DNA of 64,000 nucleotides from Amphiscolops sp. MND2022 (lineage: Eukaryota), in contig OZ076409.1 in assembly GCA_964187785.1 (NCBI GenBank), forward strand, positions 17,052,001 through 17,116,000, given 5' to 3'. The position numbers and the translations under genes were made by a program. Positions 12,988 to 24,819 of the stretch are shown in pieces. How positions within the stretch are numbered: the first letter of the stretch is position 1; every line of letters begins with the position of its first letter. A model generated the notes under the pieces. The model did no database searches. It worked only from the letters and a program-made list of their open reading frames with translations, and was not told where the DNA came from.

Positions 12988-14002
12988 CTGAAAACAATAC
13001 AAACTGTTAACAAACAAAATTTCAGAAGAATAGAACGGATTTCTTTCACACGTACATTTGAAACGCTGAAAAAAGAAAACATTTCAGTATTTGGAAGCTT
13101 TGCGCAATCGCATGCATGTTTAGCAATTCATCAAAGCCACAAGAAACAATGCATGAATTATGGCAAGTCGTTAATCAAGTTTCGATTGTAATGATAGCAC
13201 CAAAAAGTGTTGGCAATTTCAATTTAATGGAAAGGTCATTGTTTTACACTTTAGCTGGATATTCAAGCCAGGATTTTCATCAGCACAAGCATTAAATTGA
13301 CACGTTTCATGACTTACGCAAGTGAAAAAAACATTGCCGATAAAAATATTCAATTTGTTTGAGAGAAGACAACATTGAGAAATATCAGGACTACAATTTC
13401 CTTGTAGGAAGCAATAAATATTTGGCTCATAACCCTGAATCATGAACGATGATGTAATTTACGCCCTAATAATGCGGAAAACTAATAAATGTAACCCAAG
13501 TTATTTCATCTGCACAATAAATGTCACTAAATAACTCCGTTCACATTTTGAACTCACTGTCAAATTCAGACTCAAAAGAATGTACACTGACTATTTCTTC
13601 GTTTGTATTTAGCATTTAAGGGTTGCAACTTGAAACCTCATTGTAATTAAACGTAATCCAAAATATCTTAATTCATATTTTCGAGTTCATTTGCAGACAC
13701 TGACGCATGATTAAGAAATTTCCAGACAAAGAACCCTAGCATATATAGTAGTTTGCCCAACGAGTTGATTAGAAAATGGTCATAATCAACACCATATTTT
13801 CGACTAACGTGTACAGGTAGTTTTGAGTAAAATTTAGATTTTGAAAAAAATGTTAGAGCGCAGGAATAACCTTCTTGAAATAGAGGTCTCGTAATGTAGG
13901 GAAATTTATATTTCAACTGAGCTCTGGCTATGTTATGAGGTACCTTTGAACAACCAGTGTTAGTTTCGAACCAACCTCTCTTAAGTTGTCCAGAGTTATA
14001 GG

Positions 14003-14373
14003 AAACAAGCCGGGAACGGCCCAAGTCGGCGCCATATCTAAGGCTCAAAAAGACTCGAAAACCACTTTTTCTACAACTGGAGACAACAAAAGCTCTCAAA
14101 AAACTAAAAATTGAGAAAAAAAATTTCCGATTTTTTTTGAATTTTTTTTCGAAGTTTCCGGTAAGTCGCATAGTGCCGAAAATGTAAAAGGGGGGACGCT
14201 TTTTCTCATGTTAGACGCTTTGGATGTGTTGAAAATGAAGTATTAAGTACATATGGTAAAAGTTGGTAAATGTGCATTATAATGCACGAAAAGTGGACGT
14301 TACGCGTTGAACTGACGAAAAAAAACTAGCCACTGTAAGAGTCGGGATTTTTTTCGAAAACGCCGACTAAAAA
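14003..14373. mobile_element. Helentron-associated (HINE/DINE-1-like) non-autonomous element, family 1
   Basis: One end is AAACAA-GCCG(GGAA)CGGC hairpin plus subterminal AGTCGGCG. The other end is AGTCGG...CGCCGACT-AAAAA (subTIR plus local inverted repeat). There is no TSD and the flanks are A-runs. Further copies at 14795 and 26317. Confidence 0.65.
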
Positions 14374-14794
14374 CACAACCGCCAAAAACGCCCAAACACT
14401 CAAACTTTTCGCCCATTGGAATCATTTTCATATATTGAAACAAACTTTTTGCAATCACATTTTAAATGGGTGGTTGTTCACGCGAACAAAACTAGACTGA
14501 TGGTTGAAAACATGACTGGCAAAAAATCGGTGAACAAACGGTATAGAAATACTGACAGGATGACTTTGAATTTTCAGAACGACCCCGAAAAAATAGTAGA
14601 GATGCGAGGCGGTGATGCTCAGGGAGAGGCTTCATCGATTCATCACAGAACTGATTGTCCTTCTTTGTTCAGCGTATTTGGTTTCATTTATAAAATCTGT
14701 AGCGAAACTTTTCAGCTAGAAGTTGAGGACCGGACGGAATTGAACTTGCACACTTAAATACTCAAACCTGTATGCACGCAGCTGGTCTTAGTTG

Positions 14795-15694
14795 AAACAA
14801 GCCGGGACCGGCCCAAGTCGGCGCCATATCCAAGGCTCAAAAATAGCTAAAAGACTTCCAAGTGTCAAGTATTCTCTTTTACAGTACTCGAAAATCGAAA
14901 ATTTTACGAAAAAAATTTTTTCGAAAAAATTACATATTAAAAAATGAACCGAGTGGCGCGCCGGGGCCCGCTAGCGCGAGCCACTGGCGCGCTGAAAGGG
15001 GGACACTTACAAAATTGTCAACATTTTTGTCGCAGTTGAAGAGGTTTTGTCGCAAAACATCAAAAAATTGAAGGGGGAAAATTTTTATTTTCGGAAAAAA
15101 AGTCTCACAGTGCCGAAAAAAATTGAAAGGGGGAACCTTTTGGGATTTTCCAACATCCATTCTGTCGCAAAACAGCAAAAAAATTGAAGGGGGGACCCTT
15201 TGGGGAAAAAAATTCCGGAAAAAAGTCTCGCAGTGCCGAAAAAAAATTGGAAGCGAGAACCCTTTGGTCTCGCCGGGTATGGTATGTTACGCGGGAAAAC
15301 AAGAAAAACCTTTTTGGTTCAGTTCGCTAGACCAAATAGTGCAATTTGGTGAAAGAATATTTTGTAGAACTTTTGTAGAACTATTTTGGTCAGTTCGTGT
15401 TGTCATGATTCAAGAATCATGTACAAAATTTCGTTCAAGTATTCACAGGACAGACGTGGACTAATCAGATGTGGCAGCCAATCACAGACCAACACGCATA
15501 CGATGAGAAAGCCTCGGTAGCACTGGAAGTGGACCCGATACACAACTGAGAGAACTAGCGAACTATAAACACGTTCAACCAGAACCTCTATCATTTTCTT
15601 TTCGCTATTTTTCTGATCTATGACACGTGTGGATTGAAAAAAAGAAAAGCCACTATAATAGTCGCGTTTCACTTCAGGAAGCGCCGACTAAAAA
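14795..15694. mobile_element. HINE-like element, family 1 (longer copy with internal AAAAATTGAAGGGGG repeats)
   Basis: Same start (AAACAAGCCGGGACCGGCCCAAGTCGGCGCCATATC) and end (GCGCCGACTAAAAA) as the 14003 copy. Confidence 0.65.
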
Positions 15695-16749
15695 CAGACC
15701 ATATCAACTTTTAGTATCAACCAGACTCGCATTTCGGGGATCGGTTTAGAATTCAGGGAAGTGGACAGATTAAGATTAGAAACTGGTATACGCTATCAAT
15801 TAGAAATAAACAATGTTTATAAGAAAATTGATCAACACATTTTTAGCTATTTAACTATGCGAGATAGTAGTTATAATAACAGATATTTAGTTTATCCAAC
15901 TATAACTACTATGTTCAAGCATAAGGGCAAAAACCATGCCAGACCGTTTGTCTTAAAAAAAGAATCTCCAATGAATTCATCGTCCAACTTATCTGCAGAT
16001 GAATGTTTTTACGTAGATCAAAACCGGTACTTTCGGCACCTCTTATTGCATGGTTCCCTTATAAAAGATCTAAAAAATGTTTATATTGTTTATATTTAAA
16101 TAACAGAACGATATGAATCAAGTCATCAAAAAAGATCCATTGAAGACGTATAGAGGACGTATGAAGGATAAGGGCAACTCAAGAGTTAAAGCATTCAACT
16201 CATTGAAGTTCTGACTTACAAAATAACAAAAATAGTTGATGCTTGAACTTTAGATTTGACTGGAACAAAATTTGCAAAATCAAATGCAAAAACGTAGCTG
16301 ACAATTATTTCTACAGGACCACTTAAAAATGAAGTTGATGTTAAAACAAACTCAGAAAATAATTCAATTATATTTGAACGCTTCAACCAAATACTGTTGG
16401 GTTTGGTCCAAAATCATACCTGTAGCGTCATAGCAATCGAGTCTCAAGCCAGCTTGTTTGAGTGCAAAATAAGCGAAGCGTACAAAATTTTCACGTACAA
16501 AAGCTCGCATTTGCAAAATTTGCAGATACTTTAGCACAGGCTTGCAGCATAACACAGGTGAAAAGAAGGGGTACAAAAAATCTTACATTTTGGTTTCACA
16601 CTGCTGGAAAAAGTGAAAAAGTTCACTCCGATATTTAGCTTTAAAATAATCTGATAACTTACGAAAAATGATCAACCTACAAAAAAACCGGTCACAAGAA
16701 AGCTGAAAAGACAGAATGCAAACAAGAAAACTTCACACACGAATACCCA

Positions 16750-17300
16750 AAATGACGTATGAAGGATGACACATTTAGACGCCCATACCTCTGTCAAATA
16801 GTTGCTGAGTCTTTCTGGGACCTATAAAGTACTTCGTTTTCATGAATACCACTTCGATAAACTCTTGTTCGGAGACACTCGAAACAACGATAATGTGAAG
16901 AAAACTTTGAAATCTTGCACAAGTCAAGCACCACGCGGTAAATTGTTATCATTTCTAGGTCCACGCATGCAAGCGTGAGTTCTTGGCTCAAAACCAGGGC
17001 TGTCATCATACTGACATGATAATCATTCCAAAATGGCTAGCCTAAGATGGATGTCAAGATGTTCAACAGTTGAAATTAGACGTCACCTTTAAGAAGCTTC
17101 AAAACTGATATTTGGTTCAAGATGTCTCGATGAAAAGTGGAACGAAATATTACATCTCAGAAGACCCTGTTTTCCGTTCGATTTTTTCTGACCGATTAAA
17201 AAAGTTGAAAACGTTCGTGAACTTCAATAACCATTGGACATTCCCAGATGACATTCTTTTAATAAACTTGACAAAAACTTGTAGCATTTTTGAATGACAG
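16750..17300 (-). pseudogene. Highly decayed LINE reverse-transcriptase fragment
   Basis: Frameshifted remnants R-LIS/LLNILTSIL (cf. YRPISLLN..SKI) and VVLDLCK (cf. VFLDLSKAFD) occur in the expected order. Confidence 0.4.
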
Positions 17301-18748
17301 CCCTGTTGAGAATAAGCTTGGTAAGAAAAGATACCATACATGACACCCAAAGTTGACACCCTATCTATCTACTCACCGACCGATTATCAGCTTGGTCTAT
17401 CAAATATTTATTCCTCTTGTGCATAGCCGTGCTTTTTTTGCGGCTTTTCAACACCGACCCACATTCTTTTTCTATGCGTCGTTGTTCATCGCCACATCTC
17501 TACATGAAAAAGGCGAAAGGACTAAAGTTATCCATTTCAAAGATATTAATGACTAACATACATGCTTCTGTTAAAAACATGGAGAATCAAGTTGTGTAGC
17601 ACCAGTCATTTTACAACAAGCAGGATTGTCATAAAAATAGAAAATGGGTCCACATTATTACGTAGTATTTGAATAATTATCTTCCCGTAACATAGCTCAT
17701 ATAGTTTTGATACAAAAGTTCATCTATGATTGAAATAAAAGCATAAATTATACATGAAATTGCGCAGCGTAGAAAAAGCCAGACCAGACTAAAAGGCGAC
17801 ATGCAACTTTGCATAGCAAGCTGGAGCGGATATCGAAATGCAGCGAAATGTAACGTCAGAGAAATTGCCGGGAGTCGGTTTACAGCAATTCTTTTGGAGA
17901 CTACAAAAACAATCAAGGATCCCGTTGAAAAATTGACAATTCCACGTTTCCCATTAAAAGAAGATAAATTTCATGTAAATTTCGGAAGTGCATATCGAAA
18001 CTGTTTTCTCATGCAGCGCTGAAAATGGTTTAGTTTAATTCAAAAAAGTATTATAACCTCACAGTATAATGCTGATACATGAGAACAGAAATGTACTTTC
18101 AACAAGAAGAGCGCCCAGCATGTATGGCCAACCGTATTAGTACATAGAACCATATGATTGTGGAGCGAAATTAGCTTCTGAACACTTCTTAACCAATTTG
18201 AATTATTCATGCAGCGCGTTTTATCCTCCAGAAGATGAACGACTGCAAATGTATTATCCAATTTCGCGATGAATGTTCGGGGTTTCTATTATCTGAAGAT
18301 GTTTACAATATTTCACACCCTAAGCATCGAAGCATCCCGACAAAACCGGGAGCGGAAAAGCCATTCACTTATTTGACATATCGAAGACTTACAGCTTTCC
18401 GCTTCTAAAAACCCGAAGTAATGCAAAACATTGGCGTAAAAGATTCATTCAAGTATCACATACTTCTGAACTGACACCTAAAACTCAAGGAGAAAGAACA
18501 ACAATACACCAGCGTAAGGACAGTAAAAACTGTCCGAGAAGTTACAAAGGTAATTTTATTTTATATAACCGTGAACGCGGAACGACTGTTTTGAAAACTA
18601 ATTCCAAAAGTCGCACTCATAATGGATATGACATTTGAGCAACAAATCAGCAGACCCTTCAAAGAAGGTGCAGAAACGTTCAAAATACTCGGAACAATCA
18701 CCACAGGTTGACTTAGGTAAAAAAAATAACTGGAAATTAGAGACTAAC

Positions 18749-19132
18749 CACAACTTTCAAATGCAGTCCCTTAGCCAACAGATTATCCGTGAAGTATTTT
18801 CTAGATTCCCGCGGAGTGAATTCCCGGTCCTCTTTCTTCTGACCCTCCTCATTCGCCATTTTATGCTCGCCGTTTCCGTCAACTTGGTCATCCTTGTCGT
18901 CTTTCATTTCTTGTTCGTAGTCTTCTTCGGTAGCTTGATGCACGAGAACGAAGTCTATTCGTTTCAGTTCGTCCCCGAAGGCAGGAAACGTCGTGAAACA
19001 CGACATGCGTTCTTCGTCACAAACCGTCATGGTTTCGTTGTTTCCCCCATTTTTCGGCGGTCCCTGATGAACAAAATGATGCACTACACGTCTCATTTTT
19101 TGATTCAGGTAGGGGGAGTTAAAATAAGATGT
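18749..19132 (-). CDS. Anoctamin/TMEM16-family gene, exon encoding the start of the N-terminal cytosolic (dimerisation) domain
   Basis: Acceptor TTGCAG| at 19133 and donor |GTTAGT at 18748; 384 nt = 128 codons. It contains F-GDELKRIDFVLV and SRKYFTDNLLAKGLHL, matching the anoctamin 'F.DG.R.IDFVLV...R..FE.NL...GL.LE' motifs. Confidence 0.9.
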
Positions 19133-19547
19133 CTGCAATTTCAGAGCCCAGACAGTACGGATAAGGGGTGTTAAGTGTTTCAAAAGAACTGCAGAGTACC
19201 CTGGTTCAGAAATTTTGAGCTTCTTCAGGCAATATTTGGGCGAGCGGGGAAACGTCTAAGGAATAATATCTAAATGCAAAACGGGAACAACGTCTGAATC
19301 TGAGTCACGCTCATTCTCTATCGTAATATAGACGTCATTCCTTCAGACGTTATTCTCCAAACACTTTCAGACGTTATTCGCGCCCCTACAATATTTAGCC
19401 AAAGTGGATCATGTTTTTTTTTAAATCACCATGCAGATGCCGTTAAATTCAAGTGAAAGTCGAAAACTTTTGCTCGTGAAACTTGTCAAATGCGCAATGA
19501 AGAAATGCGCTTCAATTTTATCCTGGAAAAATTCCATGGAAAGTCTG

Positions 19548-19737
19548 TCGTTCTCAAACTTCTTGTACTCTACTGTAGTTCAAAATGGTTGAAATAACTA
19601 GAAGCACGTAACGCCGTCATTTTTTCTCTAAAAACAAGGAAAAGGACTAGTGTTTTTAGAAAAAATGACGGCGTTACGTGCTTCTAGTTATTTCAACCAT
19701 TTTGAACTATAGTAGAGTACTAGAAATTTGAGAACGA
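19548..19737. mobile_element. Fold-back/palindromic MITE
   Basis: ~88-bp near-perfect inverted arms (…GTTCAAAATGGTTGAAATAACTAGAAGCACGTAACGCCGTCATTTTTT… and its reverse complement) surround a ~14-nt spacer. Confidence 0.85.
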
Positions 19738-21185
19738 GAATAAGTATACAGTCGGAGAATTGCAGTTCAGTTTCAACGACTATACGAATTAATATTAACA
19801 AAATTTTCCAAAATTCCCAAAGCGATGCACTGCAGTTTCCATCGTTATGTTAATAAAAATTTATAAATGAATTGACTAGTGTGTACATTAGAACGTGCAT
19901 CGTATTTTTCGTATACTTCTACAAAGTGTATCGGTATTGTGTACAAAAAGCTTCACATTGAAGCGTATATAAAAAGTAAATCATTTCAAAATGTTGCTTC
20001 CGTCAGAAGGATTGAATATTCATTTTTTAAAGCAGGTTTTAATCAACTTTACAAAATTCTTTCAGCTCTTTTCCACAGTTTCGAAGGCGAAGTATGCTAG
20101 TTACGGTAGCTATGCTATCGCGTTTTTTTTCTAGAGTATTCTCTGGGAATATATTTAAATCGGTCTTTCATTTAGCGTAACCAGAAATCCCGTAAGTTGA
20201 TGCGAAACACATACAGACGCCAATTAAGTTGAATGCATGAATTAATGTGAGAAACTAGTCTTGAAAAAAATACCAAACCGTTCAAAATCCGCTTTACATA
20301 TCTTTCCGAACTTGTAAAATTTTCTGGGAACCCATGTTTTCGAAAAGAAGAGATGAGAACAGAGTTTTGACACCGCTAATTAGCTTTTGTAACATTTTCG
20401 CTCTTGTAAAATCCAGTATGAAAAAAAAGTCAATTGTTCTTGCAAAAACTAATTTGAGATACATGCATCAATTAATTGTAAAACATACTTGAAGTCAAAC
20501 ATTCAATAGTTAGATAAAATTCTTTTTCAGTGGAATAGCGATTTGAAAATTTTCGGTTTAGCGATTAGCGAAAAAAATTAGCGATGTCAAAACTCCGGAT
20601 GAGAGAAGGATAATAACTTGTATGAATCCGATGCGCCGTAATGCAAACAATTCAGCAATGGAGACTTTCATTTTGAAGCATAGATCCTCAGAGTACTACT
20701 GAAAGCAGCCCATGATTTTGAAAAATTGAAATTACGAATTTAGGCGAGAAATTTTACCAAAAATTTTATTTATATTCATTCAGGAAAACTAATGTTTTTT
20801 TTCACAATTCTATAAAATGTTCCATTCTTTTTCGTACCCTTGGTAGATAGTTTACTAAGAGAGCCTTACAATGGCCAAGGTGGTTCACAAAAATGCACCG
20901 TTTCCAAGGCCTTTAGTAAAATTGGCCATTTTAAAAAAAAACGTCGAAATTTTGATTCATTCTCCAAAACCAGGACTGTTACGAGAAGTGAAAAGTGAAT
21001 GCAGTATATTATGTCTGACCAAAAGCAACATTAATGTATGTCGGAGCAAAAGTAAATGAATGAATCCGGTGGTTGTTTGTTTGTACACCTTAAAAACAAT
21101 GGCTACGACCAATACAATTTGTTGCAATTTGTAAGAGTGAGTATGAAAAGCACTTAGAAAAACAAAAGAATGCCCATTGACTGAC

Positions 21186-21326
21186 CTGATTGTTCACAGC
21201 AGCCGAGTCATTCTGATCCTCTAGTCGCACGTCAGGGGTACCCGGTAGTAGAGGCCTTTCAGGGGCATACGCCGAGACTGTTGATTCGTCTGAAAGTGTA
21301 ATTGTTGAGCCAGGATCCAGAGCCAT
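21186..21326 (-). CDS. Anoctamin/TMEM16-family gene, putative first coding exon (MALDPGS...AAVNNQ, 47 aa)
   Basis: ATG at 21326-21324, open frame, phase-0 donor CAG|GTCAGT at 21185, which joins in frame to the next exon. There is no conserved motif in this exon, so the assignment rests on position and splice phase. Confidence 0.65.
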
Positions 21327-22303
21327 ATTTGTGATCACTGATCATAATTCATCAACATTCAATAAAGATAACTAGTTTATTCGAACAAATGTGCATTCAT
21401 TTCGATTCTTTCATTCAGAGCGAAAGCAAAAACAGCTCACAAAAAACATGAAATATAATAAGTTCTCAATTTTATTCCTAAGAGCTCGTGAATAACGTTT
21501 TCTAAAAGTGTGACTTTAAAACCAAATTTGTGTAATGATCTCTCCACAGTATAGTTAAGAAAAGGCCAGAAACTTGGATAATTATTCGAATGAATGTTGC
21601 ATAAAGGTTTTGCACTTATATGCAAAAGTTCTGTGCTGTACGCTCATTGGACTACTTTTTTGGTCTACCTTAAAAGTTTTCTCAACTTCGAGAGCTTCAA
21701 ACGAATCAGTTTAAAGACTGACTGATAAGCTATAACATAAAATTGGAGCAATGCAAGTTAGACTCCTGTAGAGATGAAACTTTTTTTGCAAAAATATCTG
21801 CAAAAATATCAAGCAAAATGAACAGATTTTTCAATCTACATCATTTTTCAACCTACCGAATAAACAGCAACGGTAATTGTAATCACTAATTAGCGCAAAC
21901 TTTCGAAAATGATAGATGAACTGAGAAAACTCACCAGATCTGAAAAGTCCCATAAACGTACAACACTGCTACCAAATACTACAAGAACGCAAACTACTTT
22001 TCATCTGGATTCGGAAACACTTGTGAATGTAACACTTAGTAGTGTTTAATTATCTTTTGGCAAACAAAAATCAAAATCCAAACGGCTCGATTGGTTTTGA
22101 ATGATTATTGGAGAAATAGAGTTCAATCAATTAATCGAGATGAACTGTACTTAAGAACTGGTATTTTAGTTCCGAACAGAGGAATGCATAAACAGACCGC
22201 GTATATGGTGTATATCCGAGGAAAACGTTCGCAAATTTCGCCGAGTTGTGCATGCGCGAAATACAATGAAACGAAAACATCAAGAATCTCAGCAAGTTCA
22301 CAC

Positions 22304-22586
22304 ACAGAGGCGAAGCGGTGCTTCGCAACACATGACGAAGACATTTTAATATGCGTATATATATTATTTTAATCGCATGCGTATATATTCAACAGTTCAA
22401 CTTTGTTCACTAACGTCCCTATGGCACAGTGGTCAACACTTATGCCGTGCAATCGGGAGGCTGCAGGTTCGAATCTCTCAGGGGTTTTGGCATTTGTCTA
22501 AAAGGCGCTCATTATGAAGTTGACTATTGTGGAAAAAAAAACTTTCTTAGCTGGACTGCAATGCACATTGACTTCGTCATGTGCAA
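22304..22586. mobile_element. HINE-like element, family 2, containing a tRNA-like Pol III promoter segment
   Basis: Hairpin GCGAAGC-GGT-GCTTCGC, subTIRs CACATGACGAAG / CTTCGTCATGTG, internal A box TGGCACAGTGG and B box GGTTCGAATC. A second copy lies at 25962-26255. Confidence 0.7.
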
Positions 22587-22819
22587 TACACCATACACTA
22601 GAGGGAGAGATTATCAAAACTCTGGAATGTGAAATGATTCCCACGAGAATACTTGGGCTAAATATTCAAAAACATAAAAATTCAGGGTAATGCTTATAAG
22701 TTTCCTTGAATTTAATCTTTTTTAATTCGTTGTGCTAATTTGAAACGCTAAAATCAAAATTGAGCTAAAATGAAATTAGCTAAGCTACATATATTAGCTC
22801 AAAATTTTGTCGGACACCT

Positions 22820-23140
22820 ACTTCAATCGCACTTTTTGACATCAAAGTTTCCAATTCGCGCCGATGAACATGGCAAAAAATACAAGTATCATTATGAGAA
22901 AAGCTCAAAAAAGAGTCGCTAATAGTTCAAAACGAACACAACTTCAACCTTTTGATTTTTGGAACATTAGGAGCATTTCCGCCAGCGTCCGTGGAAAGTA
23001 ATGAAGCCACTTGCTTCGAAAAATAGTGAAAAGAAGGGGTGAGTGACTTAGACACAGACGCCATGGGCTACATTAGAACTAAGTCCGCAGCAACATACTG
23101 AAATCTAGGTGCTCTGTATGCCTGGAAAGGTGAAGCACGA
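22820..23140 (+). pseudogene. Decayed C-terminal restriction-like endonuclease region of an RLE non-LTR retrotransposon
   Basis: Frameshifted remnants FFDIKVSN, F.PLIFGTLG and MGYIRTK...ILKS.VLC, typical of CRE-like C-termini. Confidence 0.5.
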
Positions 23141-23584
23141 GAAACAGAAAAATCTTTCAGAGCAATTGTTCAGGAGGTAGACAAATTGACAGAAAAGGCG
23201 CGCAAGTTTTTCTAAATTCCTACTTCATGCCGACGAGCACTCTAAGATCGTGCTACCAATTTCCCTCCACTTGTCGATTTTTATTAAGTGAAGATGAGGT
23301 AAAGAGTTTTCGGACGAATGAAATTTTCACTTTTCAAAGACGCATGTCTAACTTGATGTTAATGTTTCAACTTGCTGTTAATTAAGTATCCATTTCAAGA
23401 ACACGCCGCCTTTGGCCGAATCAACTGTCACTGACGTGATTCATCAGCAACTGAAATACTTTAAAACTGTCAATGTTTTCATGATTGTTCATGCTTCGAG
23501 CTGGATAGTAGTACATTGAACTGAATTGTAGTACGTTGACATAGAACTTTCAATTGAAGTAAAAGAAGTCAATCTTTTACATTT

Positions 23585-23630
23585 TGGCGCTCCTGGGTGG
23601 GCTCGAACCACCAACCTTTCGGTTAACAGC
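23585..23630 (-). pseudogene. 3' part of tRNA-Asn(GTT) including CCA (retrocopied fragment or extended primer-binding site)
   Basis: The minus strand reads GCTGTTAACCGAAAGGTTGGTGGTTCGAGCCCACCCAGGAGCG-CCA, i.e. anticodon GTT, T-arm, acceptor 3' strand and CCA. The 5' half is absent. Confidence 0.88.
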
Positions 23631-24819
23631 AACCTGTTCGGTCAACAGTCAATCTTTTACATCAACAAAGTACGAAACATGGGTGGAAGAAGTCGAAAAG
23701 TGGTCAAAAATCACTGTTGATATGCCCAAAAAGAATCATGGGATTGCTGTATCACTGTCTCTAAGTGGAAAAAGTAAAGACGTAGCCATGGAACTGGCAT
23801 GTGTTGATCTTTATATTGACGAGGGTCTCGATAAGTCACTTAGATGAATGGACGAAAACTTCAAGAGACTCCATGAATAAGCATACGAGTGTTACGAAGA
23901 TTTTGAAAGTCGTATGAGAAAAGATGGCGAAAGTATGTCCGATTACATTCTTGCTTTTGAATGATGCCTCAGCTCATGGATTAACCCTGCCTGACGCCGT
24001 GAAAGCCTACAAATTGCTCAAAAAAGCGTCACTCGAGCAATCTCAACGACAGATGGTTCTATCATCAGTACAGTTGTTAACGTTGGAATATCAGGCAATC
24101 AAAAGCTCTTCGAAACGGAAGTTTGTCACCAACGATGAAAAAACTGGAATGAAAAAGGTTCTCGTCAAAGAAGAACCAATTTTTGCTACAAATGTCCAAA
24201 ACATAAAGGTCAATTTTTGGGGAAAAGAACTTGGTTCTTCGCAGAACGGTATAAATCCAATGAACAAGGATGGATACAGATATCGTTGTACCCTATGTGG
24301 CAGCACGTATCATTTTGCTAAAGATTGTCCTGAGACTCCTCAACTAGCTACTACAAAAGTGAGACTGGATTATGCCGATGGTGAACAAAACGGAACAAGT
24401 GCTGGTTTTGCGACATCTACTATGGAAACCTGTCACACATTATTTTGTGTATTTAGAATTCCGTAAGCCCTTGAAAGAAGCGTTTGGAATGGGGTTGATT
24501 GATACCGGTTGTACAAGAACAACCAGTGAAAATACGTGGATGGAGGCGTATTTGAAGATTCTACCAGCTGAGAAGTGAGAGTTTGTTTCGTTCAAACATA
24601 GTGATCGGAAAGTGTCATTCGGTGACGAAAAAGAGTACAACGAAGTTAAACTGGGAGTTGAGGTGATTCGAGGTAATTTACCATTGTTATTGAGTAAGAC
24701 GACAGTCAAGGCAAAAACCAACAGCTTAACTATATAATAAGAATTAATTAAAAAATTGAGATACGATGACCTATTTTATAAATCATCCTCCACTTGCCGA
24801 TGTTTTCAGAATTTTTTTA

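Noticed and set aside
18635..19174. 179-aa plus-strand ORF with a hydrophobic stretch
   Set aside because: It is the antisense shadow of the anoctamin exon; the hydrophobic run mirrors the acidic/lysine-rich codons.
19230..19397. Small MITE with AGACGTT repeats and CAATATTT flanks
   Set aside because: Probably a real small TIR element, but the termini and duplication do not line up cleanly enough to define it.
22415..22485. Functional tRNA gene
   Set aside because: Acceptor and anticodon stems pair poorly, and the segment is part of a repeated element whose second copy has box mutations.
23585..23630. Functional tRNA-Asn gene
   Set aside because: The 5' half (acceptor 5' strand, D arm/A box) is missing and CCA is encoded, indicating a cDNA-derived fragment.
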